DNA of 64,000 nt from contig JBDRCX010000006.1 in the NCBI GenBank assembly GCA_043821365.1, forward strand, positions 544,001 through 608,000. Reading direction: 5' to 3'. The stretch comes from Candidatus Micrarchaeota archaeon. GTDB taxonomy: Archaea > Micrarchaeota > Micrarchaeia > Anstonellales > Bilamarchaeaceae. Shown piece by piece: positions 26,277 through 36,919 of the stretch. The notes under the pieces were generated by a model. It saw nothing but the letters and a program-made list of their open reading frames with translations, was not told where the DNA came from and did not search any database. Numbering within the stretch: the stretch's first letter is position 1; each line of letters opens with the position of its first letter. Position numbers and translations under genes: made by a program.

Positions 26277-29200
26277 ATGAGATTAATTATCATTTTTGCG
26301 TTGTTGGGTATAATTGGATTAAGTTTTGCTGGTACAATTGGATCTCCAGATCCTATAAATAATTGTCAGGAAATGGATACTTCAGGTTATTACTACCTAA
26401 ATACTAATCTTGTTGGTGCTCCAATAGCTGTTACGGGTGGGAACACCTGCCTCCACATCATCAATTCAAGTATTGTTATTGATGGTAGGGGATACAATAT
26501 AACTAATGACGGAACTGCAAATGCCTCTGCAATTTATGGTAATGGAATTAGTAATTTTACATTTTTCAATTCATCTGTTTCTCAGTACCAAGATGATAAT
26601 TATGGCGGAGGTCAAATAGAGTTTGATCATTCTTCAGACCTTTCTTTCTATGACCTTGTAGTCTACAACGGTAGTGGTGTATCTGGTTTTGATTTTTACA
26701 ATGTTACAGATTTGGAAATTTACAATACTGAGGTGTTCGATCACAATAGGTCTGCAATCAGGGTTGATCTAAGTCAGGATATAGAATTTTATAATCTAGA
26801 GGTTCATGATATTTTTTCTTTCTATCATTGTGACTGGATGATGAACTGTCATTATGATTCTGATCCTGCCATCCGTATAATAAATTCAAATAATCTTGAA
26901 TTTTATGATTCACAAGTATATGATCTTGAAACTGAAGGGGTTGATATTCAGAACCTGACAGGTGCAGACATTTATAGAATTGAAGTTTTCAATTTATCAG
27001 ATATTCCTGATGAAGGTGATGCATCACTCTTAATTCTAGAAACAGTCCGATATGTCTATCTTGAAGATAGTCTGTTTCATGATTCTGAATATTCCTGTGT
27101 CGAAATTCACGAAAGTCAGGAAGATGAAATCGCTGTTGAGAACAGTGTTTTTGATAATTTAACTATCTATAATTGTGCTATTGGTTTGTCTTCAGGCGAC
27201 AATCCTTTTGATTATGAAGAGTATTCTACTAATAATAGTTATACCAACCTTCACATATTCAATAATACACTTGGTATGATTTTATCTGCACACAATGACA
27301 CTATATTGTCAAACCTTAATATTTCTGATAATATAATTTCTGGTTTGACTATGGCTTCATCATCCCATACAAATATAAGTAACAGTAATTTTACTGAAAA
27401 TGGAGTTGTTGACCTTATTGATGCTCCACTTTCAGCACTTATGATCGTTGGTCTTGTTGAATTTGTCCCGCCATTATTACAAGCAGTTCTAGGTCCACTT
27501 GGTTCTGGAGAATTAAATATGAGCGCCATGATGTCCCAGATGCCTGATGGTGGTGCACCAGATTGTTCTACTACTCTTACAAACGTTACTGGTTCTGGCG
27601 GCAGACCAATACTATATCTTAGGAATAATGAAAGCGTTGATGGCGGAGTTTATTCAGAAATACTTGTTTGCGCAGGTAATAACTCTTACATTAACAGTTC
27701 AACAGTCCTTGGATCAGATACCTTACACAATAACGGTCTTTTTGTTATGGGCGGAAGCAAAATGACTATAAAGAATTATACCTCAAATGGAAATGCCTTT
27801 GGTATGGTCCTTGTTTCTGTTGCTGACAGCCTGATAATTAATAATACAATTAATGATTCAACTGTTATTTTTGAATCACAATTAGAGGAATTTGACGTTA
27901 ATATATCTGAATTCATTGACATGGCTGGTCTTAATTCAAGTGATTACATGGATGTTGGTGAATTCACTCTTGCATGGAAGGTACTTGGACTTGCCTATGG
28001 TAGTGTTACAACATTCGGTACAATTAACACTACATTCTCAAACAATCTGATACAAAACAATGATTATTCTGGTTTTATCTCGTTTTTATCTTTCTGGAAC
28101 ACTTATGATGGTAATCTGATAAGATCCAACAATCAACATGCCATCGGAGATTTAGAATTTTCAATTCCAGTTAAAGCTCAAACTGTAGGTCCTGTTGAAT
28201 TTGATCCAAATTCTTCTACTGACATAACTCTAACTGGGTTAGACACCATAAGATCTGGGTTTATATCTATAGCAGGATTCGGGGATAGTTATTCTGGTAA
28301 TATTTTCTATAATAATACTGGGGCTGGTTTCACAAGTGTATTGACCTATGGAAATTCTTTCAATGAAAATCAAGCATACAATAACAGTGTATCTGGTTAT
28401 GTTACTGTTCTTGGTGCACATAATACTTTTGTCGGAGACCAAGCATATCAAAACAATCCAGAAGATCTTAAAAATTCATTTGATTTATCACTATCAACAC
28501 CAGCATCTTCATTTGAAGACCTACTAAACTATACTCCTGCAAATGCAACTGATGATGCATTATTGATGATACCAGCTTTTGTGGTTGGGGATATCACTAT
28601 CAATGCACCAAAGAATCTTTCGCACAATGTTGAAATTGTTATTTATTCCCCAGTTGCAAATCTGTCTTATTACCATACCCCTAACATCACTTCAAGTGCT
28701 AATTTCTCTCCAAACCTTTCTCTGAATTCAACATACTGGATTGAGGATTCACTTGGTGAAAATATTACTATTCATCTTAATGGGAATATGCCATTTTCTT
28801 TTACAATCAACATTCATGAAAATGCTTCTGAAAACGCAACTTTCAGCAAATTAAAAATGGATATTATGGAAGTTGCTCCAGCCTCAGGTGGATTTGTTAA
28901 TCACCTATCAATAGCAACAAGGTTGCTAGGCGTTCAATCATATGAGAATAATGGTTATGGTGTTGCTGATTTTGCAATCCCACCAATATCTGTTGATCTA
29001 AATGTTGGTGAAAGTGTTGAGCTTATTGATGGGCCAGATATATTCTTGCTTGCATCTCTTCAACTTTTATTGAACCTTGTTTCAACTAATATCCCTGGGA
29101 CACTTATCATAGCATCAACTGTTTCAAACAACAGTATGGATGACGTAAATACAGGATCGCTAATCCTTCCTTATGCAAAAACTTCAAAAGTAGTTTTCAA

Positions 29201-31517
29201 TGATGCAGTTGGAGTTAGCTTAGAAACTGGAAGAGGTAGTTTATTCCAGCAATTCATGGATACAATGCCAATGGACTATTTTGCAACTATGACGTTTATT
29301 CAAGAAGATGAAGAAGGGGATTTTGATATACAGATGAGAGTAGGTAATATTTGGGAAGAAGATAGCAGTTATTTAAATGGTCTGCCACTCGCAATGAATA
29401 ATTCTCCAACTCTAGAAACTTTTGTATATAATAATAACATTGTTCTTCTTATCTCAAATTCAACTAATGTAAGTGCTTATACGTGGAACGGGTCAATATG
29501 GCAGCCAAATGCATCCTGGGCAAGTGGTTTGAATGGTATGCCAGTCGCATATCCGATCTATCCAGCAGTATTCGAAATGGATGGATATTTGCATATGATC
29601 TATGGTACTTCTCCAGGAAATCTGTTTGGTTTAACTTGGACTGGATCAACATGGACAATTAATGCATCACTTACAAATGGTATTACCGGGGCTCCAGCTG
29701 CATTATCTGCATCTCCAACAGTTTTCTATGACAGAGAAAACTACAAGTTTGTTCTTGTTGTAGGTTATGAACTTAATAATAATTTATTTGTTTGGACAAG
29801 AAGCAATGGAAGCTCTAGTTGGTTTGAACCGTCGTGGAATGAATTCGGAGATGATGCTTGGAATTCAAGCCATGGTGCTCTTAGGCCAAGAGCTTATTAC
29901 AGTGAAAAGTTCAATGAAGAAATTATAATTATTGGAATGAGCGATGGTACTTTTGCATGCACATACTGGGATGATGAGCATGAAGAAATAGATGATGGTG
30001 ATATAATAAGATGTCCCCCAGACATAACTCAAAGGTACTATAATCTGACTTGGGTTTCTCCATCAACACCAGTTAGAATTGATGATACATTGATGTTTTT
30101 AGTAAGCAATAAAACCGTAGGTGGAGGAAATTTCACAGCATTTGTCTCTGATGATTCTGATATAGAAATTGGGCTTTATTTACACCCATTGGGTTATAGA
30201 CTTTCAGGAATTGAAGCACCGTCAGCTACAACACCACCTGATTTGATTCCTTTCCATAATGAATATTTCTCATTAATAAGAAGTGCAGATCTGTTTGAAA
30301 CATCTGTGCTTGGTTTACAACTCAATGACTCTTTAGGTAAGAATTATGACCCTCTTATAATTACCATTGCGACTTTCGAATGGGCAAGAGCAAATATGAG
30401 TGGGTATGATGAAGACACAGTTGGCTTATATTGGTGGAATGGAACTGATTGGTTCCTAGTTCCAAATCAATATGTCATACCTTCAAAATACAGATTAGTA
30501 GTACTCAATTTACAATCATATAATGAAACTGAAATCTATGGTTTATTTGCAGATGAAGGTCCAGACCTTAATTGTACTGGTTCATCAAATACTGAGTATA
30601 ATTACATAGATCCAGATGTTGATGTTTCTCATGATTGTGTTGACGGTCTTGAAGTTTCTACTCACACTGCAAGCGGAGATCCATGGGTAAATATCAATGT
30701 TGGATTTGGTTATACTGACCAGAATGGTATCTTTACATATGGACCATTACTATGTGCAGTTGATTGTACGACTGATCTTGACTGTCCAACATATCAAGAA
30801 TGTGTTGGTGGACAATGTGAACCTATAGAATGTTCATGTGGGCAAATTGTTGAACATACTTGCCAGGAATATGATTGTTGTACAAACAATGACTGCGGTT
30901 CAGGTTCAAGTTGTATCAACCACAATTGTGTTTCAGTAGAAACCTGCACTTCTGATGGCCAATGTCTCTCAAGTGAATATTGTGATCTTTCATTGGGAGT
31001 TGGAATCTGCAAACCAGTTTCAAGTACTTGCGGTTATGCAGCAAACCACCAATGGACAGCATATGATTGTGGGGATTCTCCAGATTGTCCAAGCTGTGCT
31101 CCAGGATTTGTTTGTGAAGTTCACGAGTGTGTTGCATTACCATCTGACCTTACTGGTCCAGATTCAGGATTTGTTGGTGATGATGTTAATTTCCATGCAG
31201 TGAACTGCCCACAATGCCAAGTTCAAATCACTGATCCAAGAGGAAAGAACATGTCTGCTTTAACAAGCAGTTCAGGTAACCTTACATTGCCATTATCATA
31301 CAATGGTACATACACATTAACTCTGGTTAAAGGTTCAGTACCTATAAAAACAGCTTCTGTTAGAGCATTGTCAAAGAGTCCAGGCGTTGAGCCTGGTGGA
31401 CCAAGCTTTATCAATGATGTTGCACTCCCAGGGGCATTGATGGCATTATTACTTGCGTTAATTATTGTTTTCTTGTACTCAATTTTTACGAGGAACAAGC
31501 CAAAGATAAATGAATGA
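26277..31517 (+). CDS. Giant surface protein 1 (signal peptide, parallel beta-helix repeats, Cys-rich repeats, C-terminal TM anchor)
   Basis: Asn-rich NosD/PbH1-like repeats; CTTDLDCPTYQECVGGQC-type repeats; hydrophobic C-terminus plus basic tail. Confidence 0.85.
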   Translation: MRLIIIFALLGIIGLSFAGTIGSPDPINNCQEMDTSGYYYLNTNLVGAPIAVTGGNTCLHIINSSIVIDGRGYNITNDGTANASAIYGNGISNFTFFNSSVSQYQDDNYGGGQIEFDHSSDLSFYDLVVYNGSGVSGFDFYNVTDLEIYNTEVFDHNRSAIRVDLSQDIEFYNLEVHDIFSFYHCDWMMNCHYDSDPAIRIINSNNLEFYDSQVYDLETEGVDIQNLTGADIYRIEVFNLSDIPDEGDASLLILETVRYVYLEDSLFHDSEYSCVEIHESQEDEIAVENSVFDNLTIYNCAIGLSSGDNPFDYEEYSTNNSYTNLHIFNNTLGMILSAHNDTILSNLNISDNIISGLTMASSSHTNISNSNFTENGVVDLIDAPLSALMIVGLVEFVPPLLQAVLGPLGSGELNMSAMMSQMPDGGAPDCSTTLTNVTGSGGRPILYLRNNESVDGGVYSEILVCAGNNSYINSSTVLGSDTLHNNGLFVMGGSKMTIKNYTSNGNAFGMVLVSVADSLIINNTINDSTVIFESQLEEFDVNISEFIDMAGLNSSDYMDVGEFTLAWKVLGLAYGSVTTFGTINTTFSNNLIQNNDYSGFISFLSFWNTYDGNLIRSNNQHAIGDLEFSIPVKAQTVGPVEFDPNSSTDITLTGLDTIRSGFISIAGFGDSYSGNIFYNNTGAGFTSVLTYGNSFNENQAYNNSVSGYVTVLGAHNTFVGDQAYQNNPEDLKNSFDLSLSTPASSFEDLLNYTPANATDDALLMIPAFVVGDITINAPKNLSHNVEIVIYSPVANLSYYHTPNITSSANFSPNLSLNSTYWIEDSLGENITIHLNGNMPFSFTINIHENASENATFSKLKMDIMEVAPASGGFVNHLSIATRLLGVQSYENNGYGVADFAIPPISVDLNVGESVELIDGPDIFLLASLQLLLNLVSTNIPGTLIIASTVSNNSMDDVNTGSLILPYAKTSKVVFNDAVGVSLETGRGSLFQQFMDTMPMDYFATMTFIQEDEEGDFDIQMRVGNIWEEDSSYLNGLPLAMNNSPTLETFVYNNNIVLLISNSTNVSAYTWNGSIWQPNASWASGLNGMPVAYPIYPAVFEMDGYLHMIYGTSPGNLFGLTWTGSTWTINASLTNGITGAPAALSASPTVFYDRENYKFVLVVGYELNNNLFVWTRSNGSSSWFEPSWNEFGDDAWNSSHGALRPRAYYSEKFNEEIIIIGMSDGTFACTYWDDEHEEIDDGDIIRCPPDITQRYYNLTWVSPSTPVRIDDTLMFLVSNKTVGGGNFTAFVSDDSDIEIGLYLHPLGYRLSGIEAPSATTPPDLIPFHNEYFSLIRSADLFETSVLGLQLNDSLGKNYDPLIITIATFEWARANMSGYDEDTVGLYWWNGTDWFLVPNQYVIPSKYRLVVLNLQSYNETEIYGLFADEGPDLNCTGSSNTEYNYIDPDVDVSHDCVDGLEVSTHTASGDPWVNINVGFGYTDQNGIFTYGPLLCAVDCTTDLDCPTYQECVGGQCEPIECSCGQIVEHTCQEYDCCTNNDCGSGSSCINHNCVSVETCTSDGQCLSSEYCDLSLGVGICKPVSSTCGYAANHQWTAYDCGDSPDCPSCAPGFVCEVHECVALPSDLTGPDSGFVGDDVNFHAVNCPQCQVQITDPRGKNMSALTSSSGNLTLPLSYNGTYTLTLVKGSVPIKTASVRALSKSPGVEPGGPSFINDVALPGALMALLLALIIVFLYSIFTRNKPKINE

Positions 31518-31527
31518 GGCGGAATAC

Positions 31528-34500
31528 ATGAGATTAATTATTATTTTTGCATTGTTGGGTTTGGTTGGATTAGTTACTGCAGCAGGTGATATTAGTTCAG
31601 GTCCCATCACAGATTGTGGTACCATACAGGCACCAGGATATTACTCCCTGGCTAACGATCTGTTGGGTGCAGATGTACCTTTCCTTAGTGGGACCCAAGT
31701 CTGTCTTTTGATTAATTCATCAGATGTTGCAATAGATTGTGGTTCTTATACTATGTTTGATGATACTGGCACTAATCAAACTATTGCAATAGCAAACAAT
31801 GCTAGTGCTATACTCAATAATCTCACTATAAAAAATTGTGAAATATCAGGTTATAATGCTGATGGTGAAGATGGCCCCCCATCTTATCCACCAAGAGGCC
31901 AAATTCACATCTACGATGTTGAAAACCTTTCATTATCTGGGCTTGAAGTTCATAATAGTACTTATTCAGTTGGTATTTCTCTTGAGAATGTTAACAATAT
32001 TACAATGTCTGATCTTGAAGTTTATGATTTGAATCGATCAGCTATTATGGTCAAAGATAGTAAAAAACTCAACATAAGCAACATTTTTGTTCACGAAATA
32101 TATTATTTCGATTCTTATTATCATGACCACAACTATGCTGTTGACCTTAGAGATGTTTCGCGAGTTGATTTTAAAAATTCAGCTATCGGTTATAACCAAA
32201 GGCCATCAGTTAGACTTGAGGATGTTCAAAATGTAAAACTAGATGGTCTTGAAATTGCAAATAGTACTGTTCCTATGGACTGCGATTTTAATCCTAGTGA
32301 CGATAGCTGTATGGATCTTGCAAATCTTCTGAGAATTGAAGATGCGACTAATTTCTCCATTAAATCAAGTAATTTGTATAATACAGTTGGAGACTGTTTT
32401 GATATAGAAGAAAATGTAACTAACTTCGAACTAGATAATGTTGAAATTTATAATTGTATGGGGTCAGGGATAATGGCGCTTGGCGATGATCCTTTTAGCG
32501 ATGAATATGACAATAAAAACCATAGCTTTTCATCTTTACATATATATAACACATCTCTTGCTATGGTGGTTGGGGCTTCAAATATCACAAAAATAAATAA
32601 TTCTAATATCTCGAATAATATCATTGGTTTAGTTTCCTTGTCAAACCATGATTTGTATATACTTAACAGTTTGATAAGTGAAAATATGCTTCTTGATTTC
32701 CTGGATATTAATCTAATGTCACTTGAATCAGTTGGGGTGAGCAACTTCCTTGAACCTCTTCTAAATGAAACAATTGGTGAATTAGTTAACGAATCACTTG
32801 ATCTTGGAGAACCTCATGTTGATTGTTCAGTTTATCTTACAAACGTTACTGGTTCTGGCGGCAGGCCAATTCTTTATTTGAATGACACTACAAGTGTTGA
32901 TGGTGGAGTTTATTCAGAAATAATCATGTGCGCAGGTAATAATACACACATAAATGGAACAACAGTTAGGGGTTCAGATAGTTTCTATAATAATGGTATT
33001 TTCATTATGGGTGGAAACAATATTACAATTTCAAATTCTCTTTCTGAAGGAAATGCATTTGGTATGATGCTTTTTGCTGTTAGTAATAGTAATATTAGTA
33101 ATAATGTAATACGCGACTCAACAATGACACTTGAGGCACAAACTGCAGCATTAGGAATGAATGTAACTAGTTTCATGGAACAATTTGGCTTGAATATGTC
33201 TGAGGATGGCAACGAATTAATTATGTACTGGAAAGGTCTTGGTTTGCTTTATGGCAGTGTAACATCATTTATCACAACAAATACATTATTTTCAAATAAT
33301 CTTATAGAAGACAGCCAGTATCTAGGTATGATATCTATAATCTCTCTCGACAACACATATCAAGAAAATATAATAAGAAATAATAATTTATACGATCTTC
33401 AGGAATTTAACTTATCTCTTAGTTCTGGCGGTGGTAACACAACAAACTTCTCTGTCTATGGTCTTGATACATTTAGAGCTGGGTTTGTATCTTTAGGTGG
33501 AATTGGAGATACTTACATAGAAAATGAGTTCTACAATAATACAGGTTCTGGTTATCTTGGTTTATTACTATTAGAGAATGAATTTTACAGAAACAAAGCA
33601 TATGATAATACGGTTTCTGGATTTGTTGCAGTATTAGGTGGTTACAATCAATTCATTGAAGATGAAGCTTACAACAACAATCCAGCTAATGATCTTGTTG
33701 GATTAAGCTTTACGATATACAATCCTGATAATCTTTCCGAGACAATCGAACCTCAGGTAAATATCTCATCTGGTGGTTTTGTAACTATCCTTGCTTTTGA
33801 TACAATCATGCTTGGCATAGAATCCCATGATAATAATGGGTATGGGGTTGTTGATTTCCCTATTCCACCAGTATCATTTTCAATGATTGATCCACTTAGT
33901 CTTGGGGAAGAAAACATGTTTGAGGAAGGCATTCAAGGTATCTTAGTGAATGCAGGTCTCCAGGTTTTAATTAACCTTATCTCTGCTGATATTCCAACCA
34001 CTACTATAGTTTCATCAACTTTTGCAGGAAATTCACTAGGTGGAGTTAATTCAGGTTCATTATTTTTGCCTCCAGCACAGCTATCTGATGTGAATCTTGG
34101 AGATACAATAAGTGTAAGTATAGAAACAACAAGAACTACAAGTTTAATTTCAGATTTCTATGATTCAATACCAGAAGAACTTTATGGAGTATTTGAATTT
34201 GGTGGTGAAGACTATTTCTCTTTCAATATGGGTAATGTTTGGGAAGAGAATAGCAGCTACTTAAATGGTCTGTCACTTCCTATGGCAGGTTCTCCAAATT
34301 TAGAAACATTTGTCTATGATGACACTCTTGTTCTTCTTGTTTCAAATTCATCAAATGTCAGTTCATACGAATGGTCTGGTTCAACATGGCAGCTTAATAA
34401 TTCTTGGGCAAATGGTTTGAATGGATATCCTTCTGAAATTTATCCAACCTACCCAGCAGTATTTGAAATGGATGGATTACATATGCTTTTGGGAACTGCA

Positions 34501-36480
34501 AATGGTTCAATTCTTGGTTTCAGTTGGAATGGTTCACAATGGGTATACAATACGTCTGTTGCTAACGGAATAGATTTACTAGCAGAGACTCCTCCATTAT
34601 CACCTAAAAACATCTCACCAACTGTTTTCTATGATGATATAGAAGGTAACTATATCCTTGTTGTTGGCTATTCAGGAAGTTATAATGGAAATAATAGAAT
34701 ACTTACATGGTCACGGGATAATGAGTCAACTCCATGGACTTGGGCAACCTATTATGAAGAAGATGAATGGGATGCAGATCATGGCCATGGTAATTCTACC
34801 AAGCCAAGAGCGTATTACAGTGAAAGATATAATGCTGAAGTAATAATAATTGCTTTAGAAGATGGCACATTTGCTTGTAATTATTGGGATTCAGAACACA
34901 ATCCAAATGGTATTGAAAGCGAGACTAGGTGCCCGCCAGATATTCCTGCAGGTAATCTTTCAGGTGCAACACCAGTAAGAATTGATGATGTGTTGCTATT
35001 TTTGGTAAGCAGCAAATCATCAGGAAATTTCACAGCATTTGTTTCTAATGATTCTGATATAGAAATTGATTTACATGTTAATCCAACTGGTTATATCATT
35101 TCAGATGCTGCTGCTCCATCAGCTACTCCACCTACTGGTTTAATGTCTTTCAGAGGTCAATACATATCACTTGTGAGGAAGGCAAAGATGCTTGAAGCAT
35201 CATTAGCACTGACTGCATCTAACATCAGCTTAGGTAATGGTACAGTTGTTGATTTTGAAAATTATACTATTAATCTAAGTACAACTATTGATTTTGGTTA
35301 TATTGAACTTGGCGGAATCTATGATCCATTCGTAGTTTCTGTTGCAGTATTTGAATGGCCAAGGTCTGCAATAAGTGGCTACAGCCCAACTGCAATGAGA
35401 TTATATGCTTGGGATGGTAGCAATTGGTCTTTAGTTCCGAATCAATATCCAGTTCCAGAAAGAAACATGCTCTTAGTATTTGATATTGCAAGCCAAGAAG
35501 ATCAAGAAATTTATGGTTTATTTACAACAAGCGGACCGTCAATTGATGATTGCAGTGATGAAACCAACACTGTGAATGTTGACCTTCAACCAGATATATC
35601 TATGGAGTATGATTGTTACGATGGTCTTTACATTGAAGTTCTTGGTGCCAATGGTCCTATGGAATACTTAAACATTGGAATTGGAACCACAAATGCACAA
35701 GGTCAAGTTACTGTTGATCCATTTGACTGTCAGGTAGAGGAGTGTACAACTGATCTTGACTGTCCATCTACTCAGGAATGTGTTAATGGCGAATGCAGGT
35801 CAGTTCAGTGTGATTGTGGACAAATTATTGATCATGTTTGCAATGACTATGAATGTTGTACTGACTTTGATTGCGAATCTGGTTCAACATGCATAAGCAA
35901 TGAATGTGTGGAAGTATCTTCATGTACCTATGATTACGAATGTCTATCAAGTGAATACTGCAGCAATGGTGTCTGTGTTCCAGTTACAAGTACTTGTGGA
36001 TATGCAGCAAACCATGAATGGATACCGTACGAATGTGGTTCACAATCTGATTGTCCAAGCTGTGCTCCAGGATTTGTTTGCGAAGGCTACCAGTGTGTTG
36101 CACTACCCTCTGACCTTACTGGTCCAGATTCAGGATTTGTTGGTGATGATGCCACTTTCCATGCAATAAACTGCCCACTTTGTGAAGTTCAGATTTCAGA
36201 CCCACTTGGTAGGAACATGTCTGCATTGACATCTGAAGCAGGTGATCTTGCTCTTCCACTGGCATACAATGGTACATACACATTAACCCTAGTGAAAGGT
36301 TCAGTACCAGTAAAAACAGCTTCTGTTAGAGCATTATCAAGAAGCCCAGGTGTTGGTCCAGTTGGTCCAAGCTTCATCAGTGATGTGGCAGTTCCAGGTG
36401 CAATATTGGCACTATTGCTTGCTTTGATTGTGGTTTTCATGTATACTATCATGACAAGAGGCAAACCAAGAGTAAAATAA
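31528..36480 (+). CDS. Giant surface protein 2, tandem paralog of 26277-31517
   Basis: Same domain order; same MRLIIIFALLG start and near-identical upstream RBS (gaggcggaRta); shared C-terminal DNA blocks. Confidence 0.85.
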   Translation: MRLIIIFALLGLVGLVTAAGDISSGPITDCGTIQAPGYYSLANDLLGADVPFLSGTQVCLLINSSDVAIDCGSYTMFDDTGTNQTIAIANNASAILNNLTIKNCEISGYNADGEDGPPSYPPRGQIHIYDVENLSLSGLEVHNSTYSVGISLENVNNITMSDLEVYDLNRSAIMVKDSKKLNISNIFVHEIYYFDSYYHDHNYAVDLRDVSRVDFKNSAIGYNQRPSVRLEDVQNVKLDGLEIANSTVPMDCDFNPSDDSCMDLANLLRIEDATNFSIKSSNLYNTVGDCFDIEENVTNFELDNVEIYNCMGSGIMALGDDPFSDEYDNKNHSFSSLHIYNTSLAMVVGASNITKINNSNISNNIIGLVSLSNHDLYILNSLISENMLLDFLDINLMSLESVGVSNFLEPLLNETIGELVNESLDLGEPHVDCSVYLTNVTGSGGRPILYLNDTTSVDGGVYSEIIMCAGNNTHINGTTVRGSDSFYNNGIFIMGGNNITISNSLSEGNAFGMMLFAVSNSNISNNVIRDSTMTLEAQTAALGMNVTSFMEQFGLNMSEDGNELIMYWKGLGLLYGSVTSFITTNTLFSNNLIEDSQYLGMISIISLDNTYQENIIRNNNLYDLQEFNLSLSSGGGNTTNFSVYGLDTFRAGFVSLGGIGDTYIENEFYNNTGSGYLGLLLLENEFYRNKAYDNTVSGFVAVLGGYNQFIEDEAYNNNPANDLVGLSFTIYNPDNLSETIEPQVNISSGGFVTILAFDTIMLGIESHDNNGYGVVDFPIPPVSFSMIDPLSLGEENMFEEGIQGILVNAGLQVLINLISADIPTTTIVSSTFAGNSLGGVNSGSLFLPPAQLSDVNLGDTISVSIETTRTTSLISDFYDSIPEELYGVFEFGGEDYFSFNMGNVWEENSSYLNGLSLPMAGSPNLETFVYDDTLVLLVSNSSNVSSYEWSGSTWQLNNSWANGLNGYPSEIYPTYPAVFEMDGLHMLLGTANGSILGFSWNGSQWVYNTSVANGIDLLAETPPLSPKNISPTVFYDDIEGNYILVVGYSGSYNGNNRILTWSRDNESTPWTWATYYEEDEWDADHGHGNSTKPRAYYSERYNAEVIIIALEDGTFACNYWDSEHNPNGIESETRCPPDIPAGNLSGATPVRIDDVLLFLVSSKSSGNFTAFVSNDSDIEIDLHVNPTGYIISDAAAPSATPPTGLMSFRGQYISLVRKAKMLEASLALTASNISLGNGTVVDFENYTINLSTTIDFGYIELGGIYDPFVVSVAVFEWPRSAISGYSPTAMRLYAWDGSNWSLVPNQYPVPERNMLLVFDIASQEDQEIYGLFTTSGPSIDDCSDETNTVNVDLQPDISMEYDCYDGLYIEVLGANGPMEYLNIGIGTTNAQGQVTVDPFDCQVEECTTDLDCPSTQECVNGECRSVQCDCGQIIDHVCNDYECCTDFDCESGSTCISNECVEVSSCTYDYECLSSEYCSNGVCVPVTSTCGYAANHEWIPYECGSQSDCPSCAPGFVCEGYQCVALPSDLTGPDSGFVGDDATFHAINCPLCEVQISDPLGRNMSALTSEAGDLALPLAYNGTYTLTLVKGSVPVKTASVRALSRSPGVGPVGPSFISDVAVPGAILALLLALIVVFMYTIMTRGKPRVK

Positions 36481-36622
36481 TTTTTTTTCTTTTCTTATCA
36501 TTTTTAATCAAATATGGCCATGTTTAGAGCAAAACCAACGTTTATAAATACTTCTCTCATAAATCTTCCTACAAGGAAGCTAGTACAATTGCTAGCCCTG
36601 CTCTTTTGTTGGGTGATTCTGC

Positions 36623-36874
36623 TTGAAGAAGAAAAAAAGTAGTACTACAATAGATGTTTTATCGCATGATCTTGTTCCTGAAATGAAAGTTTTATCTGAT
36701 AATGAAAAGTCAAAAGTTCTCTCTAAATACCAGATTGATGAAGATCAATTTCCTAAAGTTTCTTCTAAAGATTCTGCAGTTGTTGCACTAAAAGCAACTG
36801 TTGGAAATGTTCTTGAAATCAAGAGAGATGATGGAACTGGGAAGTACACCACATACAGGATAGTGGTTGAATAA
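36623..36874 (+). CDS. rpoH: RNA polymerase subunit H (Rpo5)
   Basis: HDLVPEMKVLS..FPKVSSKD..GNVLEIKR..YRIVV. Confidence 0.95.
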   Translation: MKKKKSSTTIDVLSHDLVPEMKVLSDNEKSKVLSKYQIDEDQFPKVSSKDSAVVALKATVGNVLEIKRDDGTGKYTTYRIVVE

Positions 36875-36919
36875 TTTTTCTGGTCTGGTCAGCTGATCGG
36901 CCAATTGAGGTGTTGCTAG

